Origin: Pseudomonadota bacterium
GTDB taxonomy: Bacteria; Bdellovibrionota; FAC87; UBA2466
Direction of reading: 5' to 3'
Length of the DNA stretch: 41,629 nucleotides
Assembly: GCA_043767805.1 (NCBI GenBank)
Contig: JAYUGC010000011.1
Coordinates: 1-41,629 of the forward strand
The translations under genes were made by a program, and so were the position numbers. Positions 19,155 to 28,595 of the stretch are shown here, in pieces; within the stretch, counting starts at the first letter, position 1, and every line of letters starts with the position of its first letter. The notes beneath the pieces were generated by a model. It was not told the origin of the DNA, did no database searches, and was given only the letters and a program-made list of their open reading frames with translations.

Positions 19155-20039
19155 ATGCGTTGGCTTGCCTTAGTGTTTCCCCTTCTTTTGAACCTCGCTT
19201 GTGGAAAAGCCACGGACGTCGATCTCGACGCTTTGGAATCTCCGTCGAATCGCTCCATCGTCGTCACGTCCGATTATCCCGCGGTGGTTATGGTGGTGAT
19301 GCCCGGAGGCCACGGCCTTTGCACCGGCACTTTCATCAGCCCCACAACGGTGGCGACCGCCGCTCACTGCACTCAAGACGATGGCAGCTATCTCATCGTC
19401 TCTTCCTTCGGAAATTTTCGCACGAGCACGCGGCGCAATTTCGGTCCGGGAGTCGTCGACGATCCCGAGGATTTGGCGCTCTTGATCTTAGACGAGTCCG
19501 TCGCCAATCCCCGAAGAGGGCAGGTGATCGCCGTTGGTCAACAGCCCGATCTCGCCGAAAAAGTACGTTTGGTGGGTTTTGGCTGCAATGATTTCGAGCA
19601 GCGTCTGGGCACCGGCGTGAAGCGTACCGGAACCAATCAGGTCTCTCGTCTTGGCGACTACGTCGAGCTTTACACGCCTAGAGTGGCGAAGACCACGCTG
19701 ACTTCGGGAAGGGCGCTCATCGGTTCCGATAACCGATCGGGAACGTGTTTCGGCGACTCCGGCGGACCGCTTCTCAACTACCGTAACGGCGAATGGGGTG
19801 TCGCCGCCATTAGCCACGCCGGAGCCAGTCTCACCGACGGCTACCTCTCCGGATTCGTGAATTTGAACCGGGGAACGAATCTCGACTTCCTGAAATCCGC
19901 CGATGCCGAGCTCGACCTTGGCATCTTCGATGTGTGCCGTACGTCGGCTCGTCCCGGCATCAGCTGCAGTGTGGAGTTCGCTTCCGCACAGATCGAGAAG
20001 TTCCTCCGCCTCCTCGGTAAGTGGCTGAACCTTTGGTAA
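19155..20039 (+). CDS. Trypsin-like (S1) serine protease lipoprotein
   Basis: Lipobox NLAC; CTGT, TAAHC, DLAL and GDSGGP catalytic triad motifs. Confidence 0.9.
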   Translation: MRWLALVFPLLLNLACGKATDVDLDALESPSNRSIVVTSDYPAVVMVVMPGGHGLCTGTFISPTTVATAAHCTQDDGSYLIVSSFGNFRTSTRRNFGPGVVDDPEDLALLILDESVANPRRGQVIAVGQQPDLAEKVRLVGFGCNDFEQRLGTGVKRTGTNQVSRLGDYVELYTPRVAKTTLTSGRALIGSDNRSGTCFGDSGGPLLNYRNGEWGVAAISHAGASLTDGYLSGFVNLNRGTNLDFLKSADAELDLGIFDVCRTSARPGISCSVEFASAQIEKFLRLLGKWLNLW

Positions 20040-20066
20040 AGCGCTTAGCCGTGTTATCGATTAGCC

Positions 20067-20537
20067 ATGCTGTATCGGGCCTCGGTTCAAGACATTAAGG
20101 ACGAGCGGATTTTCCGCCGCCGTACCCATCTCGCCGTGGTGATGCAGTTCTATCCGCGTTTTCTCTCCAAAGATCGCATCGACGAGTACGTGAGACCGCT
20201 CGCGCCCGAGCGCCCCCTGTTCACCGAGTTCAAAGCGAAGGAGCGAGAGCTAAAGAATCACAACCAGGCTTTCGAGCTCGTGCGCTACGAGAGCCGTTTC
20301 GGATTATCTCCCGATGGACTGTCGGCTTTGGCGCGGCTAGCGGATCTTGCCAGCACCAAGGATGTCGCCCTGATCTGCCAATGCGCCGCCGCCCTTCGCT
20401 GCCACGCGGACTTACTTTTGCTGATGGCTCGCCGGTGGCACGGGGCGCACGCTCCGCCCCTTCGTCATTCCTACCCGGTTTTCGAAGCCAGGCTGGCGAG
20501 CGGTGACTTACTTTCCTTGGCGGAGGGCGCCCTATGA
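20067..20537 (+). CDS. DUF488/YeaO-like protein
   Basis: M.FYPR, LAP...LF and LIC.C...RCH..LL pattern. Confidence 0.6.
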   Translation: MLYRASVQDIKDERIFRRRTHLAVVMQFYPRFLSKDRIDEYVRPLAPERPLFTEFKAKERELKNHNQAFELVRYESRFGLSPDGLSALARLADLASTKDVALICQCAAALRCHADLLLLMARRWHGAHAPPLRHSYPVFEARLASGDLLSLAEGAL

Positions 20538-20746
20538 ACGCCGAGTATCTACGCCGCGTCGTCGCCACCCGCATGCCTTTCGGTAAGTACAAGGGAAGCC
20601 GGCTCGTCGACTTGCCCGAGCCCTACGTCGTTTGGTTTTTTAAAAAGGGGTTTCCCGAAGGCGAGCTCGGCGACATGTTGAAGCTCGTTTACGAGATAAA
20701 GCTCAATGGCCTCGAGTATCTTTTCCCGCGCGGCCAGCCGGGCTAG
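20534..20746 (+). CDS. DUF3820 (YpeB-like) protein
   Basis: MPFGKYKG..LVDLPEPYVVWF..KGFPEGELG..L....EIKLNGLE. Confidence 0.9.
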   Translation: MNAEYLRRVVATRMPFGKYKGSRLVDLPEPYVVWFFKKGFPEGELGDMLKLVYEIKLNGLEYLFPRGQPG

Positions 20747-20846
20747 GGGAGCGCTGCGGCGAGTTGCGTGCGCTTTGCATTTCCCCAGGACAGGAGTACG
20801 TTGGACCTAAGCACGACAGGTCGTGGGCTCAAGGGGGGACACAACA

Positions 20847-22031
20847 ATGAAGCGTTTCTTTTTTCAGGCGTTTGCCTTGGGGCTTACCGCTTCTTTCAGC
20901 TTGCTCGCCCTCGCTCCTCCGCCCGGCTGTGAGTACGACAAAGAATGTGTGCTCGAATTGCCGGGCGCCATCTGCGCCGACGGCACCAGCTCTTACTACA
21001 CTGTCATTGCTCGTCGTGATTCCGATAATTTGATGATCTTTTTGAACGGCGGCGGCTGCTGCTGGGATCCGGTCACCTGCAGCAAAGGGTACGCGGCGAA
21101 CTTGACCCGCCGGGCTCCGATCATCGATTGGAACAAAGGCACGGGGATTCGCAATCACCTCGACCCGAAAAATCCTTTCGCGAGCTATACGATTCTCACC
21201 GTGCCCTACTGCACGGGAGATCTCTTCATGGGCGATTCCGTTCAGAACTACGGAACGAAGGAAAAACCCTTTATCGTTCGTCATCACGGTTACAAGAACT
21301 TGGAACTCGCCCTCGACAAGGCGGCGCTTCATTTTCCGCGGCCGGACAAAGTGATTATGTTCGGCATGAGCGCCGGGGCGATAGGCGCCTTTCACCATCT
21401 GTCGGGCTTCGATAGCCGTTTTCCGGGCTCGGCGAAATACGTCATTAGCGACGCCGGCACTCCTTTCAAGCCGCCGCATCTCGTGGAGACGAATTACAAG
21501 TCGCTCCTCAGGGTTTGGAACATTTTTACCAACTTTCCCAACAATGAGCTTGGCCGCCCCATCGAGCATTTCGGCGACATGCTCGAGTACAACAAGCGGG
21601 CTTACCCGAATGTCCGTTACGGCTTGGTGCAGGCTTACTCCGATTACATCATGACTTACTTCGCGTACCGGGTCGGCTCGAAGGATCCGTTCAACGCGGT
21701 GAAAACGACCGCCATCGACGTGGCCGATCACTACCTCGGGCCGGATGCCTCGAACGATCGTGTCTTTTACGTCGATAGCTGGGCACATACGCTTTCCGAC
21801 GGGGATCTCGCCAAGACGAAGTCGATGGGAGTTTCTCTCGGCGATTGGCTGACCTCCATGGTGAGTGATTTGCCTTGGGATAACCACCGCCCCGATCTCG
21901 CTGTGCCCACCGGTCAGTTCGTGCCGAAGGCGAAGCCGCCTCAGTTCGTTCGCTTCAACGATCTTTTGCCCACGAGTGGCGCGGCCGAGCAGCTTGCGGG
22001 TCTTGCGCCTCCCGAGATGTTTGGTTTTTAA
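20847..22031 (+). CDS. Exported pectin-acetylesterase/Notum-family hydrolase
   Basis: Signal peptide; CADGT, GGGCCWD, VPYCTGD, GMSAG nucleophile elbow, DAG, late His. Confidence 0.85.
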   Translation: MKRFFFQAFALGLTASFSLLALAPPPGCEYDKECVLELPGAICADGTSSYYTVIARRDSDNLMIFLNGGGCCWDPVTCSKGYAANLTRRAPIIDWNKGTGIRNHLDPKNPFASYTILTVPYCTGDLFMGDSVQNYGTKEKPFIVRHHGYKNLELALDKAALHFPRPDKVIMFGMSAGAIGAFHHLSGFDSRFPGSAKYVISDAGTPFKPPHLVETNYKSLLRVWNIFTNFPNNELGRPIEHFGDMLEYNKRAYPNVRYGLVQAYSDYIMTYFAYRVGSKDPFNAVKTTAIDVADHYLGPDASNDRVFYVDSWAHTLSDGDLAKTKSMGVSLGDWLTSMVSDLPWDNHRPDLAVPTGQFVPKAKPPQFVRFNDLLPTSGAAEQLAGLAPPEMFGF

Positions 22032-22032
22032 G

Positions 22033-23358
22033 ATGCGATTTTTGATAGTTTCCGCTCTCTGCTTCGGTTGGTTCGCCAAAGCAAACCCAGTGAAAGCCGG
22101 TTGGGAAGTGGGCCTCGCGGCGCGCCCCCTCACTTTGCCTGCGGGAGTGCCCCTGGCGGGATACGTCCACGCGATTCGTCGCCGGAACTTATTTTCGACC
22201 AATCTTCCCTTTGCCACTTACTTCAAACCCTCCGTCGGTGCTTTGAGTCCCGTGCGGGCTAAGGCCGCGGTGCTTCGCTCGGGGAAGGAGAAGCTGCTTC
22301 TGGTAAGCCTCGATATTATCGGAGTGACCGAACAGTTGCGTCAGGCCATCGAGCAGTCACTTTCGGGAAAATTCTTGCCGGAAAATATCGTCCTTTCGGC
22401 GACCCATACCCACAGCGGACCGGGTGGGGCCACCAAGCATTGGCTTTGGGAAGCGCTCCTCATGGATAAGTTCAAGCCGCAGCTCTTTCACAACCTCATC
22501 GAGGACGTCGTGTGGGCGGCGAGTGAAGCGGAAAAAGCCTTGCAGCCCGCCGACGTTTTCGCCACCGAGTTCGACACCGAAAAACTCCAGATCAACCGCC
22601 GGGTGCTCGGGGATCCGGTCGATCGGTCCGCGCGGCTTCTCTTATTTAAGAGTCAAAGCGGAAACTGGCTGGGCGCCTGGATCAATTTCGCCGTCCACGG
22701 CACCGCGCTGCACGCGGAAAATCTTTTCTTGAGCGCGGACGTTCCGGGGGCCATCGAGCGTGAAGTGGCCGAGGAACTATCGTCGAAAAACCCGGCGGGC
22801 GCCCCAACGCCCATCGCGCTATTTGCCAACGGAGCCGAAGGGGACGTGTCTCCCGCCGAGCAGGACGTGGCGGGAATCGAATCGATCTCGAAAGGGTTTC
22901 GAGACCAGATGGCTCGCCATTGGAAAGAGAGCTTCCGATCTTTGAAGCCCGGCTGGGTATCCCGGCGAAGCGTCATCGATCTCGGCCGGCCCGCGCTGAG
23001 GCTCGCGCCTTGTATGGGAAGCAGCAGCTGGTATCAGCGGCTCTTGTCGAAGCTTTCTATCCCCGTGGGACTTTTCCTGCCGAGAAAAACGCAGATCGCG
23101 CAAGTGGAGCTCGATGGCATCCTCCTCGCGTCATGGCCCGGAGAGCCGACGACTCAAAGCGCAGAAGAGTTGAAGAAAGCCCTCGCCCATACTTCCCGGG
23201 AAGTTTGGCCCATGGGAGTGACGAACGACTACCTGGCTTACTTTCCCAATCAAACCGAATCGAAAGAAGACAGCTTCGAGAGCTGTTTCAGCTTTTTCGG
23301 CGAAGAGGGCGCGAGCCGCGTTACTGCCGGTCACCGGGCGCTGGCTTCTGCCCCCTGA
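22033..23358 (+). CDS. Exported neutral/alkaline ceramidase-family amidohydrolase
   Basis: Signal peptide; PLAGY, SATHTHSGPG, NFAVHGT, SADVPG, NGAEGDVSP, PGEPTT, NDYLAY. Confidence 0.85.
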   Translation: MRFLIVSALCFGWFAKANPVKAGWEVGLAARPLTLPAGVPLAGYVHAIRRRNLFSTNLPFATYFKPSVGALSPVRAKAAVLRSGKEKLLLVSLDIIGVTEQLRQAIEQSLSGKFLPENIVLSATHTHSGPGGATKHWLWEALLMDKFKPQLFHNLIEDVVWAASEAEKALQPADVFATEFDTEKLQINRRVLGDPVDRSARLLLFKSQSGNWLGAWINFAVHGTALHAENLFLSADVPGAIEREVAEELSSKNPAGAPTPIALFANGAEGDVSPAEQDVAGIESISKGFRDQMARHWKESFRSLKPGWVSRRSVIDLGRPALRLAPCMGSSSWYQRLLSKLSIPVGLFLPRKTQIAQVELDGILLASWPGEPTTQSAEELKKALAHTSREVWPMGVTNDYLAYFPNQTESKEDSFESCFSFFGEEGASRVTAGHRALASAP

Positions 23359-24859
23359 GATCGTTAAAGCCCTTCACGCAGGCCTCGGTGATTCCCCAGC
23401 GATCGTTCATCTGAGAGAGAAGCGAATCGATGGCGGGAAGCCCAGGCGCGGTTCCGGGAGCCGCGGAGTCTTCCAAGTAAAGCTGGCGTAGCAGATAGAC
23501 GGCGTTGGACGCTTCGCCCGTTGCCTCTTGGATGGCCGCCAAGCCCGCTCCGCTCAAAGGCGCATGCACCACGGCCGTCAAATTACGGGGGCCGTTCGGC
23601 GCGAACCGCGGATCGTCGACCGTTTGATCGAAACGGAGTGAGGTGGGAAACGAAATAGGAACGATGGTGACGTTATAGCCATCCTTCTGGAGCTCCTCGA
23701 CAAACGACTTGATGAAACCCGGCCGCACGGGACGCGTTTCGCCGAGACCTCCGCTCAAGGAGCCCTCGGGGAAAAGTATGAACTTGTTTATCTTGCCCGA
23801 CTTGAGCATCGCCCGCACTTTCTCCATGGGCTTTCCGGCGCCTCGTCCGACCATGACGAAGCTATCGCTCGCCTCGAAACGATCCGCCGCCCATTTCCCC
23901 ATGTGGAAATTATCGGCGGCGCCGAAGAAAGCCGAGCCCTTCAGATCGAGCTGGCTCGTGCTGACGAAGTCGAGAAACGGATTACTATGTTGGGGCGTGT
24001 AAATGACGACGTCTTTGGGGCTCCTGGGCTTGACCATATTCTCCGCGCCGACCACGTCGACTTTGAATCCTCCCACTTCTCCCTGCACCTTGAACATATT
24101 CATCATGGCATCGGAAAGCGGGGCCTTGCCGGCCGGTGATTTTTTATACGGGCTTCGGTAAAGTTCCCAGGCCATGGGAACCGCCGCGGGCACGAGGCGC
24201 GCGACATTGAGTAGGGTCCTCAATTTGGAAACCTTCTCTGGTTGCGCCTGGCTTTTGGCCGAGTCCCACTGGGCGTAGAATCCGAAGTCGGCCAGGAGTT
24301 GCCGGCTCTTGTCGAAAACCTCGCGAATGGAAGTTAGCCGCAACGTATCTTTGCCGAGTCCGAAGAGCGGCTTTCTTTCCACGTAGGTGGCGCCGCTTTT
24401 CTTGATTTCCTCGACGGCCGCGCGGAACGCTTCCCTCTTTTTTTCGGGAACGAGGCTCTCGCCCGCGGCGCCTATTTCCTGCGCGAGGGAGACCTGAGCT
24501 TTGACGAAGAAGTCATAGCGAGCATTGGAGAGTGCGTCGTAGCTGTCTTGAAAAGTTTTGAGCTCGGGCAAGAGCTGTTTAAGCTGAGCCAAAACGGGCT
24601 CTCGCTCGGCGGCCGTAAGATTGGGATTGGCGAGGATCTGAAACAGAGCCGACGCCGTGGGATTTTCCGCTTTGATTTTCTCGCCGTGCGCGGCGAGGTC
24701 TTTTTCCTGACGGCGCAAAGCCTCTAGCTGAGTTCCGAGCGCCGGCCGATCCGAATCGGAGACGAGCTGTAAAATGAGCTCGCGCGGCTCCGCTCGTCCC
24801 GTGAGACAAACGAAAAGAAAAGGCAGCGCGAGCCAAAAATTAGGAACGAGTTTCATCAC
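23321..24859 (-). CDS. Lysophospholipid/glycerolipid acyltransferase (LPLAT) with signal peptide and helical N-terminal region
   Basis: QHSNPFLD (HX5D), FPEGS, IVPISF; N-terminal MKLVPNFWLALPFLFVCLTGRA. Confidence 0.75.
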   Translation of the reverse strand: MMKLVPNFWLALPFLFVCLTGRAEPRELILQLVSDSDRPALGTQLEALRRQEKDLAAHGEKIKAENPTASALFQILANPNLTAAEREPVLAQLKQLLPELKTFQDSYDALSNARYDFFVKAQVSLAQEIGAAGESLVPEKKREAFRAAVEEIKKSGATYVERKPLFGLGKDTLRLTSIREVFDKSRQLLADFGFYAQWDSAKSQAQPEKVSKLRTLLNVARLVPAAVPMAWELYRSPYKKSPAGKAPLSDAMMNMFKVQGEVGGFKVDVVGAENMVKPRSPKDVVIYTPQHSNPFLDFVSTSQLDLKGSAFFGAADNFHMGKWAADRFEASDSFVMVGRGAGKPMEKVRAMLKSGKINKFILFPEGSLSGGLGETRPVRPGFIKSFVEELQKDGYNVTIVPISFPTSLRFDQTVDDPRFAPNGPRNLTAVVHAPLSGAGLAAIQEATGEASNAVYLLRQLYLEDSAAPGTAPGLPAIDSLLSQMNDRWGITEACVKGFNDLRGQKPAPGDRQ

Positions 24860-25114
24860 GGGCTAGATCCCCCACCAGGCCTGTAAGTAACGCGTCTTGG
24901 CATTGTATCATGTTCCTGAGGGGTTCTTCGCGGTCAAAAAAGACCGGCGCACTTCTGGTGTACGTCCGCCACTTCGTCGTATTCAACGCGAGCACAAACG
25001 GGATCACCTCTCGCCGCGAGCCGCTACTTCGCTGCGTCCTGACAACCCATGCCAAACTTGACTACCCTAAGTGAAGGCATACCATCGCCTCCGAACTCCA
25101 AGGGGTAGGTTCAC

Positions 25115-26047
25115 ATGAAAGCCTTTTTAGGATTGTGGTTCCTGTTCGGTACGCACGGGGTCGGCTATAGCGTGGATGTCCCGGTCCCGGGCCACGCCTG
25201 CTATCAGTACGAGTCCACCGTCCTTCAGCGCAAGGTCGGCTATTGCCTGCACCGCTCGCACCCGGAGCTCCCCGCGGTCGACGAGCCCGTCGTGTACTTC
25301 TTCCACGGCATGGGCGGCAATGCGACGAGCTGGCTGGGCGAAGGGTACGGCGAAGTCGTCAATACGCTCACGCAAAGCGAAGGCTTTCCCGCGACGACTT
25401 TCGTTTCCTTTGATACCGAGTCGCATAGCTTTTTCTCCGACTTCGGGGGCAAGACCGCGGGCGGTAAGGCCTACGAGACTTGGTTCGTGAATGAGTTCAT
25501 GCCGCACATCGAGCGGACTTTTTCCGTTTGCCGCAAGCGCGAGTGCCGCGCGACCTTGGGTCTTTCGATGGGAGGGTTCGGCGCCTTGAGGACGGCGTTC
25601 CGCCATTCCGATCTTTTTAGCGCCGTCGCCGTCAATTGCCCGGCCTTGCCTCCGTTTAGCGCTTATCGCCCCTGGGCGGATTGGAAAGCTTACTTCACGC
25701 GCCATCCGGTGGGACAAGCTGAGGGCACTTTCCTCCTGGTCTATTTGAGAAAGATGTTCCCGACCCAAGACATGTCCGACGGCAACGATCCGTCGTTCCT
25801 CGCGGACCATTTCGCCGACCTCGCTCAGTTCCCAAAGATTTACTTCGATATGGGCGGTAAGGATTATTTTGGTTTCCAGGAAGGCTACGAGCGCTTCAAG
25901 GAAATCCTCGATCGCCGCGGCCTCGGGTATAAGAGCTACCTCGATCCGGAAGCGGGCCACGACATCAGCCACAAGACCCGCTGGAACTCGGTCCGTTTCC
26001 TGCGCGACGCCTGGAGAATCCCCCAGACCGCTCCGGCCTTGAACTAG
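25115..26047 (+). CDS. Exported alpha/beta-hydrolase esterase (putative esterase/FrmB-like family)
   Basis: YFFHGMGG, GLSMGGFGA, G.KD, AGHD; hydrophobic N-terminus. Confidence 0.85.
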   Translation: MKAFLGLWFLFGTHGVGYSVDVPVPGHACYQYESTVLQRKVGYCLHRSHPELPAVDEPVVYFFHGMGGNATSWLGEGYGEVVNTLTQSEGFPATTFVSFDTESHSFFSDFGGKTAGGKAYETWFVNEFMPHIERTFSVCRKRECRATLGLSMGGFGALRTAFRHSDLFSAVAVNCPALPPFSAYRPWADWKAYFTRHPVGQAEGTFLLVYLRKMFPTQDMSDGNDPSFLADHFADLAQFPKIYFDMGGKDYFGFQEGYERFKEILDRRGLGYKSYLDPEAGHDISHKTRWNSVRFLRDAWRIPQTAPALN

Positions 26048-26122
26048 CCAGGGCGCCGGAAATTAAGCAGAGCCCGGCACTAGCATGGTCGAGTATACGG
26101 GCTATTCGGCTCTAGGAGCGAT

Positions 26123-28075
26123 TCACAGCGGTTTTACGACCACTGACCCGTCCGCGCCCACCGTAATATCTAAATTCTCGAGCACCGGGCGTCCCGCGGC
26201 CGTGGGGATGTCCCCGCGTCCTCGCAGAATCGCCGCCACGTCGAGCGGCTGATCCGTCCCGTTGGTCACCGAGACTTTACCCTTCAAGACCGTTTCAGAG
26301 AGATTCACGGCCCCCTGCACATTCAGCTTATCCAAGTGGAGCAAGCTGGTATTTTTCAGGTTGCCCTGCATGGTATCCACGTTTTCCCAGTACTTGTCTT
26401 GACCTGGGGGCGGCTTGAAAGACGCTGCCGGTGAATGTCCCGGCCTATGGTTCACAAGGCCCATGGTCTTAGGATTTAAGGAAAACCGATCTGAGTGCAA
26501 CTGCATCACGAGATCAAAGCCTGTTTTGATGGGCCCGAAGAAATCGGTTCGCCGTTCCTTCTCGACGTTGATGAACGTCACGAGCGGCTCGCCGTACTTG
26601 GCGCGCCAGTACTTATCCAAGTTCAAGACGGTCGAGCCCATCGCTCCTTCGAGCTGCAAGTACTCCCGCACCTGCCCGTCGAAGTCCGTCTGCTTTTTCC
26701 ACTTGTCGATGAGGTCCGGCATGAGGATTTTCATGACTTCCTCTTCGCCGATGTCCTTGACGAGCTGTTTGATTTTGGGAGCCAGGACGTCGTAGTTAAA
26801 GAGCGCCATATTCGTATTGAAGAAGGCGATCTGATCGCCTCGCTTCACATCGATACCGAGCTTTTGAAAGAGCTCGAGCTGATTGGCGTCTTCCGCCTGC
26901 GCCGTCTCGATGATGGTTGCATAGACGGTTCCATCCGCCTTCCTGACGACGGCGATTTGGCCGCCCTGACGGTCCACTCCGGTTTTTTCGGTGGTGACCA
27001 TTACGATGGGAACCTTGTTTCTCACCATCCAATCGACCATCGCTTGATTGGGCGTGCTCGAAAGATCTTCTCCGTTTCCGATGACCGAGACCAAAGGCTT
27101 GCCATGGCTGTTCGGCAAGGCGCCCGGAATCCATGCCGCGCGGATAGCGTCCACGCCGAAAAGCGCGTGCCCTCCGGGTGAAGTGCGGTTGAAGTTCAGG
27201 TTTCCCTGCTTATCCATGGTCGGGAGATGCGCCTGAAAGGTGTCCTTGAAGCGGTCCAAGCTCGGCAAGTCGTTGACGAGCTGGGAATAGGTCTTCGTGG
27301 CATCGAGAAGGGACGGCTTACTCCACACTTTCTCCATGGACGCTTTCGTCTCGGTTCCCACTATGTCGTGAAAAATGACTCCGCCGAACTCTCCCCGCTG
27401 AGCGGAGAGAATCATTTGTAAGATCTGCGCTTCCGCGAGAGAGACCTTTACCTTCTCACTGGGTTTCAGTGGATTGGGCAAGTCGATGTAGATGTCCGTG
27501 CCCTTGGCGCCGATGTGCACGTCTTCCACCGCGATTCCGAGAATCTTGGAAAGGTAGATTTTACGATCCATGGCGGAACCGGTCCCCGCGAACATTTTCT
27601 TCACCCAGAGCCAGGCTTTCGTCGGGGGCTGGCCAGCGACGGCCGCTTCGACCGCGCTCAAGGAAATGTTCGGAAGGTGCGCCATCATGTCTGGCGGCGC
27701 GATGGCCGTGGGGAAGGCAACCGCACTGCCGTCGTCCGGGCGCCCTTCCTCGAAAATGGCAACCTTTTCCGTCGCCTTCCCGTTCTTCTTCATTCTATAG
27801 AGCGAGTAGAAGTAGGTGAAGTTGAGGTCGTCGAGACCCAAAAGTTTTTGGAGCGCGTGGCGCGCTTCTTCTCCCTCGGGGCCCGCTTCGAGCCCTGCCG
27901 CCGCCATCTCATTCATGGCTTTCCGGTACTCATCCGTGGCACGGGCCTTGCCGGAGACGCCGATGTAATCGGCGTAACAATCCCACTTCGAGACCGCTCC
28001 CACCGACGTCAATGACGTGGCGGCGAGCAAAGAATAGGTAATAACGTTTCTCAGCAAACGAGATCTAAATTCCAC
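26123..28075 (-). CDS. Eukaryote-type (UDPGP family) UTP--glucose-1-phosphate uridylyltransferase with signal-peptide-like N-terminus
   Basis: KKMFAGTGSAM..GAKG (compare KLNGGLGTSMG..GPKS), PGGH, NGEDL, GGQI, FNTN, QLEGAMG, FGPIKT, C-terminal L.V.G.V beta-helix-like repeats. Confidence 0.8.
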   Translation of the reverse strand: MEFRSRLLRNVITYSLLAATSLTSVGAVSKWDCYADYIGVSGKARATDEYRKAMNEMAAAGLEAGPEGEEARHALQKLLGLDDLNFTYFYSLYRMKKNGKATEKVAIFEEGRPDDGSAVAFPTAIAPPDMMAHLPNISLSAVEAAVAGQPPTKAWLWVKKMFAGTGSAMDRKIYLSKILGIAVEDVHIGAKGTDIYIDLPNPLKPSEKVKVSLAEAQILQMILSAQRGEFGGVIFHDIVGTETKASMEKVWSKPSLLDATKTYSQLVNDLPSLDRFKDTFQAHLPTMDKQGNLNFNRTSPGGHALFGVDAIRAAWIPGALPNSHGKPLVSVIGNGEDLSSTPNQAMVDWMVRNKVPIVMVTTEKTGVDRQGGQIAVVRKADGTVYATIIETAQAEDANQLELFQKLGIDVKRGDQIAFFNTNMALFNYDVLAPKIKQLVKDIGEEEVMKILMPDLIDKWKKQTDFDGQVREYLQLEGAMGSTVLNLDKYWRAKYGEPLVTFINVEKERRTDFFGPIKTGFDLVMQLHSDRFSLNPKTMGLVNHRPGHSPAASFKPPPGQDKYWENVDTMQGNLKNTSLLHLDKLNVQGAVNLSETVLKGKVSVTNGTDQPLDVAAILRGRGDIPTAAGRPVLENLDITVGADGSVVVKPL

Positions 28076-28595
28076 TTGAACTTCCCCCTACGGCCCAACA
28101 ACGAGTCTCGACATTATGCGGGAGTCCGAAACCCCATATCAAGACGACACAGAGGGAATGCGGATCTCACGCGAAGATTTTTTTCGTAGTCGAATGCGAG
28201 CGGTCTGCGTCTCTCGGCGAGTCAGTTTGAAAATCCTCTCGCTCGTATAATAGAGGCCCATTTCGGTGGAGTGGGTTTTGCAATACGAGTTGGCGCTGGA
28301 ATTTTTGTGCGCGGGAGTGGTTTGAGCCGGAAAACGCCGCGAGGTGTTCCCGGCCCGGATCGCGAAGTCGGCTACGACGGAGTCGATTCTCCGCCGAAGT
28401 TAGACAGAACACGGAGAAGTGACCGCCAAGGCAGACCGGCGGTCTTCGGAACGACTAGGGAACAGTTCCGAAGGCTTCAAAGTGAATACGATTTTCGTAA
28501 AGATTTGCGCATAGGTTTTGCAATTGATGCCGGGACGTCGAGGCGAAACGGCTGTGCAAGCTTAAAGCGCAGAGAAAGTCCGGGGGGACTTGGGG

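Noticed and set aside
21865..22032. Extended start of the ceramidase ORF
   Set aside because: It overlaps the upstream gene. ATG 22033 gives a clean signal peptide.
20829..22217. 462-aa minus-strand ORF
   Set aside because: Antisense shadow of the pectin-acetylesterase gene, with no motifs. Such shadows are expected with GC-rich codon bias.
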